Source of the DNA: Pirellulales bacterium
GTDB lineage: Bacteria > Planctomycetota > Planctomycetia > Pirellulales > DATAWG01
Direction of reading: 5' to 3'
DNA: 64,000 nt
Assembly (NCBI GenBank): GCA_038210495.1
Contig: JBBQWR010000007.1
Location: forward strand, 1-64,000
Positions 19,858 to 31,200 of this stretch are shown piece by piece (the first letter of the stretch is position 1; each line of letters begins with the position of its first letter). The notes beneath the pieces are model-generated. The model made no database searches. It saw nothing but the letters and a program-made list of their open reading frames with translations, and had not been told where the DNA came from. The translations under genes and the position numbers were made by a program.

Positions 19858-21774
19858 TTAATTCTTCAACAACGACTCAATCGCCGCAGCTACGTCGGCC
19901 ACGGCGAATGGCTTGCCCTGAACTTTGTTCAGCCCATGGGCGTCAACCAAATACGTCGCGCGAATCAACATTCTTAGCTGCCCGAGATTCAATTCCGGAA
20001 TCAGCACTTTTTCGTATTTGCTAAGCAACTCGCCGAGATTCGCCGGAAACGGATTGAGGTAGCGCAAGTGGGCATGGGCGACCGCGGCGCCCTCGGCTCG
20101 CGCTTCGCGGACCGCCGTCTCGCAGGCGCCGTACGTGCCACCCCAACTTAAGACCAACAGCCGGCCGCTCGCTGGCCCTTCGACCTTCTGAGGCGGCAAC
20201 TCGCGCGCAACCCCCGCGATCTTATCGGCCCGCAGATGCACCATATGCTCGTGGTTGGCCGGCTCGTAATTCACGCTCCCGGTGATGTCCTGTTTCTCCA
20301 GCCCACCGATTCGGTGCATCAGGCCCGGCGTTCCCGGCAGCGCCCAGGGCCGGGCCAACCGCCCGTCGCGAGTATAGGGCATGAACGCATCGCCATCGAT
20401 CGCGGCCGGCGGATGCGGCGACTCGATCGGCGGCAGGGCTTTCACATCCGGAATGCGCCACGGCTCGGACCCGTTCGCTATATAACCGTCGCTCAGGACC
20501 ATCACCGGCGTCATATATCGCACCGCGATCTGCCACGCCTCTTGCACGATTTCAAAACAATCCGCGGGTCCTTGAGCGGCCAGCACGGGCAGCGGGCATT
20601 CGCCGTTGCGTCCAAAAATTGCCTGTAGCAGGTCGGCCTGTTCGGTCTTCGTCGGCAGTCCGGTGCTTGGCCCGCCGCGCTGCACGTTGACGATAATCAT
20701 GGGCAGTTCGGTCATCACCGCCAAGCCGATTCCCTCCTGCTTGAGCGCGATCCCTGGGCCGCTCGATGTCGTGACGGCCATCGCTCCGCCGAACGACGCG
20801 CCAACGCAAGCCGTGATCGCCGCGATCTCGTCCTCCGCCTGAAATGTCCGCACGCCGAAATTCTTGTACCGCGTGAGCTCGTGCAATATGTCGCTGGCGG
20901 GCGTGATCGGATAGGAGCCAAAAAACAGCTCGCATTGGCTCCGCTCGGCCGCGACCATCAGGCCCCAAGCCAGCGCTTGATTGCCCGTGATGTTGCGGTA
21001 TGTGCCCGGCGGAAGCTTCGCCTTGGCGACGGCATAGTGATCGCCGAAGGCCTCGGTCGTCTCGCCATAGTTGTAACCGGCATAGAGAGCCCGGCGATTG
21101 GCCTCGGCCACCTGCTGCGACTTGGCGAATTTGTCGTCGATGTATCGCAGTGTCGGATCGAGCGGGCGATCGTAGAGCCAAAACACCAACCCCATCGCGA
21201 AAAAATTGCGGCAACGGTCGCTTTCTTTCATCCCCAGTCCAAGCTCACCGACGGCCAGTCGCGTGATCTTCGTCATCTCGACCGGGAACAGCCGATAACC
21301 GTCGAGCGAGCCATCGTCGAGCGGATTGGTCTGGTAGCCGGCCTGCTTGAGGTCCTTCTCGTCGAACGCGTCGCCGTTGACGATCAGGATGCCGCCTTTC
21401 ACCAAGTCGCCGAGATTCGTCACCAACGCGGCCGGGTTCATGGCGACCAGCGCGTCGACTTGGTCGCCGGGCGTGAAGATTTCTTGACTGGCGAAGTGGA
21501 TCTGAAAGCCGCTCACGCCGGCCTTCGTGCCACGCGGCGCGCGAATCTCGGCCGGGAAATCGGGAAACGTCGCGACATCGTTGCCGACCAGGGCCGAGGT
21601 GTTGGTCAACTGCGTGCCGGCCAACTGCATTCCGTCCCCCGAGTCGCCGCAAAACCGAACCGTGGCGTCGGTGATGTGCGTGACCGGCTTGATCGATCGA
21701 GGAGGCGCCGTGCGGAGCGATTCCTTCAGCTGGGGCGACTGAAGGCTATCGACAGTCGTCGAGGATTGGATCAT
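19858..21774 (-). CDS. korA: 2-oxoglutarate:ferredoxin oxidoreductase subunit alpha (fused alpha/gamma type)
   Basis: Start chosen at MIQSSTTVDS (ATG 21774). Pyruvate flavodoxin/ferredoxin oxidoreductase core domains. Paired with the downstream korB on the same strand. Confidence 0.8.
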   Translation of the reverse strand: MIQSSTTVDSLQSPQLKESLRTAPPRSIKPVTHITDATVRFCGDSGDGMQLAGTQLTNTSALVGNDVATFPDFPAEIRAPRGTKAGVSGFQIHFASQEIFTPGDQVDALVAMNPAALVTNLGDLVKGGILIVNGDAFDEKDLKQAGYQTNPLDDGSLDGYRLFPVEMTKITRLAVGELGLGMKESDRCRNFFAMGLVFWLYDRPLDPTLRYIDDKFAKSQQVAEANRRALYAGYNYGETTEAFGDHYAVAKAKLPPGTYRNITGNQALAWGLMVAAERSQCELFFGSYPITPASDILHELTRYKNFGVRTFQAEDEIAAITACVGASFGGAMAVTTSSGPGIALKQEGIGLAVMTELPMIIVNVQRGGPSTGLPTKTEQADLLQAIFGRNGECPLPVLAAQGPADCFEIVQEAWQIAVRYMTPVMVLSDGYIANGSEPWRIPDVKALPPIESPHPPAAIDGDAFMPYTRDGRLARPWALPGTPGLMHRIGGLEKQDITGSVNYEPANHEHMVHLRADKIAGVARELPPQKVEGPASGRLLVLSWGGTYGACETAVREARAEGAAVAHAHLRYLNPFPANLGELLSKYEKVLIPELNLGQLRMLIRATYLVDAHGLNKVQGKPFAVADVAAAIESLLKN

Positions 21775-22251
21775 GGATCGAACATCCCGATGGGCAACGT
21801 GCGTTGGAAATCCGCGAACATCTTCGGCGAGCGCCGGGCGACACGCGGTGAACCGACAAGGCAGCGGCTGGTGCGGCAAACAGATTGCGCCGGCGGCCGC
21901 TCGGACGAGAACTCCGCGGCAGCTTGGATGGCCAAGTCGACTCATTGGGAAAATGTCGACCGACAGCGCTTCCGCCCATGACGTCTCCCGAAGAGACACA
22001 AGCTTTGGTGAGCTAAATTGCGGGTTCGGAGCGCCAATTTTGCGGCATCTGGCGAACCGGCATCGCTATTATAAGCGAGTCATCAAGCACGACGCCACAA
22101 TTTTCCATGCTTCGGCGGTTAGTTCCTGCTCGAATCCCGGTTTCATCGTCAGCCTACTTCCGCCTATACTTTTACGGCGCATCTGAAGGAGGCCTCGCGC
22201 CCCTTCGCTTGCATGATCGCTAACGTTCCATAATCTTATTGCGCCCTCAAA

Positions 22252-22282
22252 TAGTGGACAAAAGTATATGTCCCGCTATAAT
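22252..22282 (+). promoter_or_regulatory. Sigma-70-like promoter candidate: TGGACA, 16-nt spacer, TATAAT
   Basis: tggacaaaagtatatgtcccgctataat lies in an AT-richer intergenic stretch ~50 nt upstream of a small ORF with a strong Shine-Dalgarno sequence. Confidence 0.3.
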
Positions 22283-22332
22283 CCTGGTATTGGCCGATCT
22301 GAGAATCGCCCTTTCAACCCAGGAGGTGGACG

Positions 22333-22548
22333 ATGGTTTCGCTCACGGATGCCGGCGGATGGAATGTTTTTGAGGCGCGGATGCCACTTCGAGAAGCGCG
22401 AGCGATCGGACTCGTCTTGCCCGCCGTGCTAGCACGGTACAATATCGTTTTCCCGACGCTGGCCGAAGCAGGGCTCGCGCCGACGGATGGCCGGGACTGG
22501 ACCAAACGGATGCCCCGGAGCGTCGCAACTGATTCTGTCGTCCAATAA
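22333..22548 (+). CDS. Small hypothetical protein (71 aa)
   Basis: The ATG at 22333 is preceded by AGGAGG at a 6-nt spacing, one of the few canonical Shine-Dalgarno sequences in the window. No recognised domain. Confidence 0.3.
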   Translation: MVSLTDAGGWNVFEARMPLREARAIGLVLPAVLARYNIVFPTLAEAGLAPTDGRDWTKRMPRSVATDSVVQ

Positions 22549-22623
22549 CCGGGGCTTCGGCGAAGCGCCTCCAGCCTTGGCCACCCTTCAATTGAAACTT
22601 GGCGGATCACTAGCGCCGCCTGC

Positions 22624-23409
22624 TCACTGCCATTTCGGTTCGCGTTTTTCCAGAAAGGCGGCCAAACCTTCGGCGGCCGCTTCGGTGGTTCGGGCCGTGG
22701 CGCTGATCGCGGCCCCGGCGGTGAGCATCGTCGGCAACTGCTCGCCGAGCGTTTCGTTGAGCATGCGTTTGGTCATCAGCAAGGCCTCGGGGGCACAAGC
22801 GGCACAGTAGCCCGCCAGTTCCGTCGCGCGGGGCCAAAGATGATTGCCGGGCACCACCTCGTGAAAGATGCCCCACTGGTAGGCCTGGCCTGCGGACGCG
22901 ATCTGTGCGGTCAGCAATAGATAGGCCGCCCGGCCGGCGCCGATCCGAAAAGTCAGCAGCGGCGCGACCATGCCGGCCACCAACCCGCGGCGCGGTTCCG
23001 GCAGCCCAAATGTCGCGTCGTCGCTGGCGATCACGATGTCGCAGGCCAGCGCCAGCCCGGCCCCTCCGGCCAGCGCCGCGCCACCGACGGCAGCGATCAG
23101 CGGTTTGGGAAACTGGAGCATTCGCTCGAGCAAATCTCGATAGGCGACCGAGTCTTCATGCCAACGGGCCTGCGCGTCCGTTTGCATACTAGCGGCCTGC
23201 ATTTCCGCCAAATCCATCCCGGCGCAGAAGGCTGGCCCCGATCCAGTAAGAACCACCGCCCGAACGCGCCGCTCGCCGTGCAAATCGCCGAGAGCCTGAT
23301 CGAGCTCGGCCAGCATGGCCCTCGACAGGGCGTTCCGCTTCTCCGGGCGATTCAAGATGATCGTACCCGTATGCTCGTGAACGTGAATCTTCACCAGCGG
23401 CTTAGTCAT
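22624..23409 (-). CDS. Enoyl-CoA hydratase/isomerase (crotonase) family protein
   Basis: MTKPLVKIHVHEHTGTIILNRPEKRNAL...VLTGSGPAFCAGMDL...GGAALAGGAGLALACDIVIASDDATFGLPE is the classic crotonase fold signature. Confidence 0.8.
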   Translation of the reverse strand: MTKPLVKIHVHEHTGTIILNRPEKRNALSRAMLAELDQALGDLHGERRVRAVVLTGSGPAFCAGMDLAEMQAASMQTDAQARWHEDSVAYRDLLERMLQFPKPLIAAVGGAALAGGAGLALACDIVIASDDATFGLPEPRRGLVAGMVAPLLTFRIGAGRAAYLLLTAQIASAGQAYQWGIFHEVVPGNHLWPRATELAGYCAACAPEALLMTKRMLNETLGEQLPTMLTAGAAISATARTTEAAAEGLAAFLEKREPKWQ

Positions 23410-23429
23410 GGTTTTGCCTCTGGCAAAAA

Positions 23430-23554
23430 GTCGGGAGTCGGGAGACGGGAGTTGAAGCAGCCTCTGCGGCGCCAAGATTGGAGACAGCATAACTTGCGGC
23501 GTCGGGCCGGCGAAGCCGGCTTGTCTCACTCCCGACTCCCGACTCCCGTCTCCC
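23430..23554. repeat. Inverted pair of GTCGGGA-type heptamer arrays (23430-23452 and 23527-23554) forming a ~120-nt hairpin between two minus-strand genes
   Basis: gtcgggagtcgggagacgggagt ... actcccgactcccgactcccgtctcccc. The left arm is ~21 nt 5' of the enoyl-CoA hydratase ATG. The right arm overlaps the last codons of the 23526 gene. Confidence 0.6.
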
Positions 23555-23891
23555 CACTATTTCCGTCCGGCGCGGGTAGCTTCAGGTCCAAAATGGCCGT
23601 GCCGAGCAGCTTGCCTTGCGTGTCGATGCGTAGCGACTGACTGGCGCCGCCGCCGAGTGCGTTGTAGAGCACGAAATTCAGCGCCCAAATTTTCGGCAGC
23701 TCGAATCGCTCGACTCGATCGCCGCCGAGCCCGCAAAAGTATTCGGCGACTCTCTCGGATGTCAGCTCGCGCTGCAGGTAGGCAAACCCGGCCGGCGTGT
23801 ACGCTACGACGCCGATGTTCGCGTGGTTGCCCTTGTCGCCGCTGCGAGCATGAGCGATTTGGCCAAGGGTAATGGTAGCAGTATTGAACAT
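23526..23891 (-). CDS. Hypothetical protein, possibly DUF4387-like (AtuA-associated small protein family)
   Basis: Start chosen at MFNTATITL (ATG 23891). ARSGDKGNHANIGVVA ... FELPKIWALNFVLYNALGGGASQSLRIDTQGKLLGTAILDLKLP recalls DUF4387 proteins. Recall-based and weak. Confidence 0.4.
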   Translation of the reverse strand: MFNTATITLGQIAHARSGDKGNHANIGVVAYTPAGFAYLQRELTSERVAEYFCGLGGDRVERFELPKIWALNFVLYNALGGGASQSLRIDTQGKLLGTAILDLKLPAPDGNSGETGVGSRE

Positions 23892-23907
23892 GGAGAAAAT
23901 TTGTAGA

Positions 23908-23926
23908 TCAGGCACTCTGTGCCTGA
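23908..23926. repeat. GTCAGGCA-type palindrome TCAGGCACTCTGTGCCTGA (same family as 11423/11493)
   Basis: Perfect 7-bp stem with a 5-nt loop. A half-site variant lies at 23977-23997. Confidence 0.5.
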
Positions 23927-24004
23927 CGAGGGGAGCAACCTATATGTCTGCCATCAGGTCGATTTAACCCACGCATGTCAGTCACACAGTGCCTGACTTA
24001 CGCC

Positions 24005-25006
24005 TCACCGCCAACGGCCTTCGGTCGGGCTGCCCCACATATCGGAATTATGGCCTAACAATTGTTTCAACGGCTCAGTCACCGCATTGAGTTCCACGAT
24101 CGCGTCGCCATCCAAAATCAACGCACCCGCAGCGGCATTCTTGGCGACCTGCTCCGGGCTATGCGCTCCAGCGATCACCGCCGTGACTCCCGGTTGCTGC
24201 AAGCACCACGCCAGGGCCACCGCCGCCATCGGCTGTTCGATTCTACCCGCAATCGCACGGATGCGATCGATCGCCGCGAATGTTTCGCTCTCTGCGCCGG
24301 CGAAACCATGTCGCGAGCGGGGCCGCGTCGGGGCAAAGTGCCGGCTCCGTGTGCGACCCTCGGGTACTTCGTCGGCGGTGCGGAATTTTCCGGTGAGCAA
24401 GCCTTGGCAGAGCGGCGAGTAGCACAGCACGCCGATCTCGTGGCGCCGGCACAGTTCCAACTCGGAGAACTCGATACTGCGATACAGCAGATTGAAAGGC
24501 AGCTGATTCGATTCACAGCGCCCCGCCGCGAGCAGATCGCTCAAATCGAGCGGGCCATAATTGCTCACGCCGAAGACGCGGACCTTCCCGGCATCCGCGA
24601 GCCGGTCCATCTGACGTAGCACGTCGTCGACCGGCACGGCATGATTGGGCCAGTGAATTTGATATAGATCGACATAGTCGGTATTCAAGCGGCGCAGGCT
24701 GGCCTCGCACGCCGCCGCGACACCGCCACCGGCCAGATGGTCGGGATTGATCTTCGTGGCGACGATGTATTGCTCGCGCCGCCCCGCCAGCGCTTTACCG
24801 AGCAGCTCTTCCGATTGGCCGGCGCCGTAGGCCTCGGCCGTGTCGAAAAAGTTGATTCCCGCGTCGATCGCGGCTTCAATGGTTCGCAGGCAGTCCGCTT
24901 CTGTTTGGCCGCCCCAATTGATGTCGTCCTGCAAGATCATCTGCCAGCAGCCGAAGGCAATGCGGGAGACGCTGAGCGGACTGCGGCCGAGTGGAGCAAG
25001 TAGCAT
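24005..25006 (-). CDS. Aldo/keto reductase family oxidoreductase
   Basis: AFGCWQM...GINFFDTAEAYG...YVDLYQIHWPN...VSNY are hallmark AKR motifs. Confidence 0.85.
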   Translation of the reverse strand: MLLAPLGRSPLSVSRIAFGCWQMILQDDINWGGQTEADCLRTIEAAIDAGINFFDTAEAYGAGQSEELLGKALAGRREQYIVATKINPDHLAGGGVAAACEASLRRLNTDYVDLYQIHWPNHAVPVDDVLRQMDRLADAGKVRVFGVSNYGPLDLSDLLAAGRCESNQLPFNLLYRSIEFSELELCRRHEIGVLCYSPLCQGLLTGKFRTADEVPEGRTRSRHFAPTRPRSRHGFAGAESETFAAIDRIRAIAGRIEQPMAAVALAWCLQQPGVTAVIAGAHSPEQVAKNAAAGALILDGDAIVELNAVTEPLKQLLGHNSDMWGSPTEGRWR

Positions 25007-25007
25007 C

Positions 25008-25029
25008 GTGGCGGGTGGCGGGTGGCGAG
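25008..25029. repeat. Heptamer array GTGGCGG x2 + GTGGCGA, directly abutting the AKR start codon (sense strand TCGCCACCCGCCACCCGCCAC-G-ATG)
   Basis: Same heptamer family as the array at 58988-59051. Confidence 0.6.
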
Positions 25030-25248
25030 ATTAAAAATTAGCCGCGTCTCTCACGACGCGCTCAACCGGATCGCAACATTCTGCGCGACGGTTACCGGCT
25101 TGTTACAATAATCGCAAACTTTTCACCGTGTCAAAGCGTCTAATATAGCAGCCGGGGATTATTGCGCGCCCGATCGCGGCGGGCGACCCGGCCAATGAAC
25201 TGGTAAATCAGCGCGGTCGCGGCTCATTTCACAATTTCGGAGCTAAAG

Positions 25249-28200
25249 ATGAAACGCATGTTCTCGGTAGCGGCGGCCGTTCTTTCGATCACCGTCGGCC
25301 TCGGCGTGACGTTGCGATTGGTCGGCGCAGACGCGAAAGAGGCTCCGGCTCCGCCCGAGACAAAAAAGCCGGCCGCGGCGGCCGACGGCGGCCTGTTCGC
25401 CGTGCCGCATGTGCCGACGAAAATCAGCGAACTGCTGGCGGATCACAAATACGCCGACGCGATTGCGGCCATCGATGCCGCTCGCAAAGACGCCAAAGCG
25501 AAAGATGCCCCCTGGGACTATCTGGCCTATCTCAAGGGCCGGGCCCTGCATCTGGATGGCCAGTACGACGCGGCCGTCAAGCAGTTCACCGCGATGGAAA
25601 AGGAATTTCCAGGCAGCCCCTGGGCTCGCCGCGCTCGATTCGGCAAAGCCGTGTCGCTGGCTCGCAAGGGTGATTTTCGCGCGGCCGAGCTCATCTACCG
25701 CACGGAGGTCGAGTATCTGCTCTCGTCGGCCCGCAAGCAGGAGATCGCCGACCTGTATCTGGAATTCGCCGACGCCTATTTCAAGCCGAAGGACGAAATC
25801 CAGCACAAGCCGGATTACCAAAAAGCGCTTGAGTTCTATCTGAAGGCCTTGGAGGTCGGCCCGCAGAACGATCGCCGGGCCGAGATCGAACTGCAGACGG
25901 CCCGCAGCTATCAATTGCTCAATCAACTGCCCGAGGCGGCTAAGCGATTTAGCCAGTTCATCAAGGACCATCCCGGCCTGCCGGCCGTGATCGAGGCCCG
26001 ATTCCGCTTGGGCGAGGTTCAGCTAGCGCAGAGCCAACAGCAAGAGGCTCGCCGCACTTGGCAAGATCTGCTTGCCGCGCATGCCGATTCGAAGTCCGAG
26101 CGAATTCCCGAGGCCGCATATCGCTTGGCGTTTACTTACAACCTACCGAATCCCCAGACCGATGAAGAACTCAGCCTCGGCATAAGCACGCTCGAATCGT
26201 TTATTAAAAATTATCCGGATCACAAGCTCGCGTCGCAGGCCCATCTGCTCATCGCCAATAGCTACATCGCCCGCGGCCGGTACGAAGACGCGGTCAAGTC
26301 GTTGATTCGGTTCCTGGCCGACAAGCGTTACGCCGATCGCGAGGAAGTGGCCGACGCCCGGAATCTGCTCGGCCGTTCGTACCAACTCCAGCGAAAGTTC
26401 ACCGCCGCGCTCGAGGCTTGGCGCGATTATCTGACCAAGCATCCCTCGCATCACGCTTGGAGCGACGTGCAGCGCGAGATCGTCAACACGGAATACCTGA
26501 TGGCCGACGACAAGGCCCAGGCGAAGCAATACGACGAAGCCCGCAAGCTGTGGAACGATTTTCTCGCCAAATATCCGCTCGATCCCCGCGATCCGCAGAT
26601 TCTTTATCTGTTCGGCTGGATGAACTACCAGCAGGAAAGATTTCCCGAGGCGAACAGCGACTGGCGTCGGCTGGCGTCAAAATATCCGGGCACTGAGCCG
26701 GCCCAGCGCGGCCAACTCATGATCGCCGCGACGCTCGAAGGCAAGCTCGGCAAGCTGGAAGAGGCGCTCCAGGAATACAAAAAGGTCCAGCCGGGCAATT
26801 GCCAAAATCTGGCCCAAATGGCCATCAACCGGCTCACGGCCAAGAGCATGGCGATCGTCACCGAGCGGGTATTTCGCAGCGACGAGACTCCCAAGATTAA
26901 GCTCACCAGCCGCAACATCGAGTCGGTCACCGTCCGGGCCTACAAGGTCGATCTTGAAACCTATTTCCGCAAGATGCACGTCGTCCAAGGGGTCGAGGGA
27001 CTCGACATCGCCCTGATCGATCCGGACAAAACGTTCGAATTCAAGATCCCCAAATACAATGAGTATCAGCAGGTCGAGAACGAGATCGAGCTACCGCTGT
27101 TCAAAGACATAGCCAAGGATGCGGCCAACGCCGACGCCAAAGACGCCGGCAAGCTGACGCCCTCTGGCGCCTGGGCCGTCACGGTGAGCAGCAAGACGCT
27201 CGAAGCCACAACGCTAGTATTGCAAAGTGACCTGGACCTGATCGTCAAAAGCTCGCGCGATGAGCTGTTCGTGTTCGCCGAAAACATGCGGACCGGAAAA
27301 CCCTGGCCGGGCGTAAAACTCTTACTCTCCAATGGCCAGCAGGTGTTTGGCGAAGTCGCCTGCGGCGCCGATGGCGTGCTCAAGCAGTCGTTCAAGGAGC
27401 TCAAGGGAGCCGGCGACGTGCGGGTCTTCGCGCTGGCCGACGGGGGCGTGGCGTCGAATGTCGTTAGTCTACAGGGGGTTGGCGTCGCTCAAGGGCTCGT
27501 CGACAAGGGTTACATCTACACCGATCGGCCCGCCTATCGAGCCGGGCAGATTGTGCATGTTCGCGGCATTCTGCGGCGGGCGGTGGACGACAACTACACG
27601 GTCGAAAAGGGGAAGAAGGAGACCGTCGAGGTCTACGATCCGCGCAGCCGGCTGATCTGGCAGGAAGAGACCAAGCTGTCGGACGTCGGGAGTCTGCACA
27701 TGTATTTTACGCTCCCGGCGACCAGTCCCGTGGGGCCGTATCGCGTGGTGGTCCACGATGACGAGGGGCACAGCCACGCGGGCGGGTTCACGGTGCACGA
27801 GTATCAGATCGACCCGGTGCGGCTGTCGGTCGATATCGATCGCCACGTGTTCTATCGGGGGGAAGAGATCGAAGGGACGATTCGGGCCGCGTTCTACTAC
27901 GGGGCGCCGCTCGCCGACCGCGAAGTGACCTATAAGCTGGCCGACGGCCGCGTGAATAGCGCCAAGACCGACGACAAGGGAGAGGTGCATTTCAAGCTGC
28001 CGACCCGCGACTTCCGCGAGACGCAGACGCTACCGCTGGTCGTCACGCTGGCCGAGCGGAATCTGACGACCGTGCAGAATTTCTTCCTGGCGACGCAAGG
28101 GTTCGCGATCAGCATGAGCACAGTCCGGCCGGTGTATGTGGCCGGCGAAACGTTCGAGGTGACGCTCAAGGCGATGGACGCGGAGAACAAGCCACTCGCT

Positions 28201-31200
28201 CAAAAACTCACGCTCAATGTGCTTGAGCGGACGGTCGTAGATGGCAAGGTCGGCGAGAAGCAGGTCGATACGTTTGAAGTGGCGACCGACGCCAAGGACG
28301 GAACGGCGCGTAAGACGCTCAAGCTCGAAAAGGGCGCCGAATATATCTTGCGAGCCGAAGGCATCGATCGGTTCAAGAACCCGGTGGTCGGCCAGTATCG
28401 GATCAAGATTTCCGATGAGAACGACAGCGTGCGGCTGCGCATCTTGGCCGATCGGCACACGTACAAAGTCGGTGACGCGGCCGACGTGCAACTGCACTGG
28501 CGCGAGAAGCCGGCCCTGGCGCTGGTCACGTTCCAAGGCGCGCGAGTGCTCGATTATCGGCTCGTGCAACTGGAGACCGGGGCGAACAAGCTGGCGATTC
28601 CCATGTCGGCCAAGCTCGCGCCGAATTTTGATCTCACGGTCGCGGTCATGACCGACGCCGGGCGACTGGAAAAGGGGCTAGGGGCAGGTGATGGGACTAG
28701 GGAGAAGAAGGCAGGCGGAAACGATGCAGTTAAGTTACCGGAGAGTCCGCTTAAGGTGGCGAAGGCGCCGGCGAAGCGATTTCATGAGGCTTCGAGTCCG
28801 TTCAGCGTCGAGCGGCAACTTACGCTGAAGCTTGAAACCAAGCGGAAGGAGGGGGCGAAGGGCGCCATTCGGCCGGGCGAAGAGGTGGAACTGGTCATCG
28901 TCGCCACCGATCCGCAAGGCAAGCCGGTCGCGGCCGAGGTCAGCCTTGGGATGGTCGAACAGGCGCTCTTGAATATGTTCCCGCCGAACGTGCCGGCGAT
29001 CGATGAATTTTTCAAAGGCGTGCCCCGGCAATCGGCGCTTCACACTTCGACCAGTGTCGTATTTGGCTATTTCCCCGCAACGCATCCGATCGATCGGCAT
29101 TTGCTTTCGGAGGTCCAGCGGCAAGAGATTGCGAAGGAGGAGGCGGAGAGCACGGCAGTGCGCACGCGCCTATTACTGCAGGCGCAACAACAGGCGGCGA
29201 ACCAATCCGATGCAACTCCCGCGCTCGTCATTCAAGAGGAAGCAGCAGAACAGTTGCTGGGCTCGGAACAGCCGAGAGCACAAGCCGGCGCTCTCTTTAC
29301 GGACGGAAGCACCGGGATTCAAGCCGGCGGGATCGCAGGCTCTGGCGGCCTTGGCAATGTTGACTTAGCTTTAGACGGGGTTCACGCCTATGGATGGACT
29401 GGCGACCAACATAACTCTGGCGAGGCGGCCGCCAATGAAGATCGAACTACCGCGGCCGTCGCTTACACGGATCAGGCGGCGATTCCCTTTCCGGTTAAGC
29501 CCGGAATTCAATATCCAACTCACGCTCAGGGGCGGACGTTGACGCGGGATCGCATGCGTTATAGTCAACTTCAAGTCGATCCAAGCGGCGGCGTCGGAGG
29601 CGGGGCTTCTGCCGGTGGATGGGCAGCAAATTCAAATAGGCCAGCAGCTTCGACGCCAATTGGCCGGACGCCTCAACTTGGGGCCGTCCCGCATATGAAT
29701 CGACTGTTCGACATGCCCCCGCAGCTTGGCCGAACGAGTGGCGAATTGGAATATGCGTTGAATGGCGGCGATTTGAGCGACAACTACGCCGTCGTTGCTC
29801 AAGACGGTAGCCAGCGGAATTGGTCGTTCGGCGCCAACTGGGCGCTTGGAGACGGCGGTCGCAAGGAATTGGCCGCCAAACGTGTCGCGGAATTGCAAAC
29901 GGCGATCGCCAATAAGGCGCTCGTCACGCCGCAGCGCGGGTTGGTCGAAACGGCTTATTGGAATCCGGCGATTGTCACCGACGACAAAGGCCGGGCGAGC
30001 GTCACGATCTCGATGCCCGATCAATCGACGGCCTGGAAGCTATCGGCCAAGGGAATCACGGCCGATACGCTGGCCGGCGAAGGGGAATTGGATCTGGTAG
30101 TGAAAAAGGACCTGTTCGGCGAATTGAAACTGCCGACGGCGTTCACCGACGGCGACGACGCCCAGATTCTCGCGACGATCCACAACGGCCTGTTGGACAA
30201 GGGTCAGATCGAGGTCACGCTCAAGACGACGATGGGCGGCAAGTCGACCGAGGAGAAAAAGACGATCGACGTCACGGCCACAGGGTTGTCCGAGTTGACG
30301 TTCCCGCTCGCCGTTCGCCGCCCGACCGCGGATGACAAGGCCGAGAAGAAGGTCGACGCCAAGAAAGAGGACAACCCGGCCGACGACAGCCAGGTGACGA
30401 TAGAGTTATCGGTCTCCTCGGGCGCCGAGCGCGACGTGGTTCGCCGCGTCGTGCCGATTCATCCTTACGGCATGTCGGTCTACGCGACGGCCGGCGGCGC
30501 CGCGTCCTCCGACACCACCGTGTGGGTCGAGGCGCCCAAGGACATGCCGCTGGCGGCCCCAAGCCTCCAGATTCTCGTCGGGCCGACGATTCAGCAGAGC
30601 CTCTTGGACGTGCTGTTTGGAACCGCGCCAACCTGTGAGATTGATGTGCTCCGGTCTGCCTCGGCGCTGGATTCGCCGGCCAGCGATCTGATGGCCGCGC
30701 TGGCTCTGCAAAAGCTGATCAATACGACCCGCGACGCTGGCAACCCGCAAGCCCGGTTGCTCGACGATCGGGTCCGCTCGGCAATCAGCCTGCTTGTCTC
30801 ATCGCAACTGGACGATGGCAGTTGGAGTTGGGGCGGCCAAGGCCTTCAAGCACAGGCCGCTCAAGGTCATCGCCTGGGGACGGCCCGCGTGATTTGGGCG
30901 CTTTCGCTGGCCAAATCGGCCGGCTACAAACTGCCCGGCGAGCAGTTCGAGAAGGGGCTGACGTTCCTGCAAAGCCAAATCGCGACCACTGCCGAGACCG
31001 ACTACGAAACCAAGGCCGTGCTCTTGCACGCCCTGGCCGCGGCGGGGCGCGGTGACTTCACGCTGGCCAATCGGCTGTATCGCAATCGCCCGGCGCTCAC
31101 GACCGCCGCGCTCGTGTATCTCTCGCTGGCGCTAGCGGAGATGGACCACCAGCCGATGGCCGAGGATCTTTTGAAACTGCTCGATCAGCGGAATTTGGAT

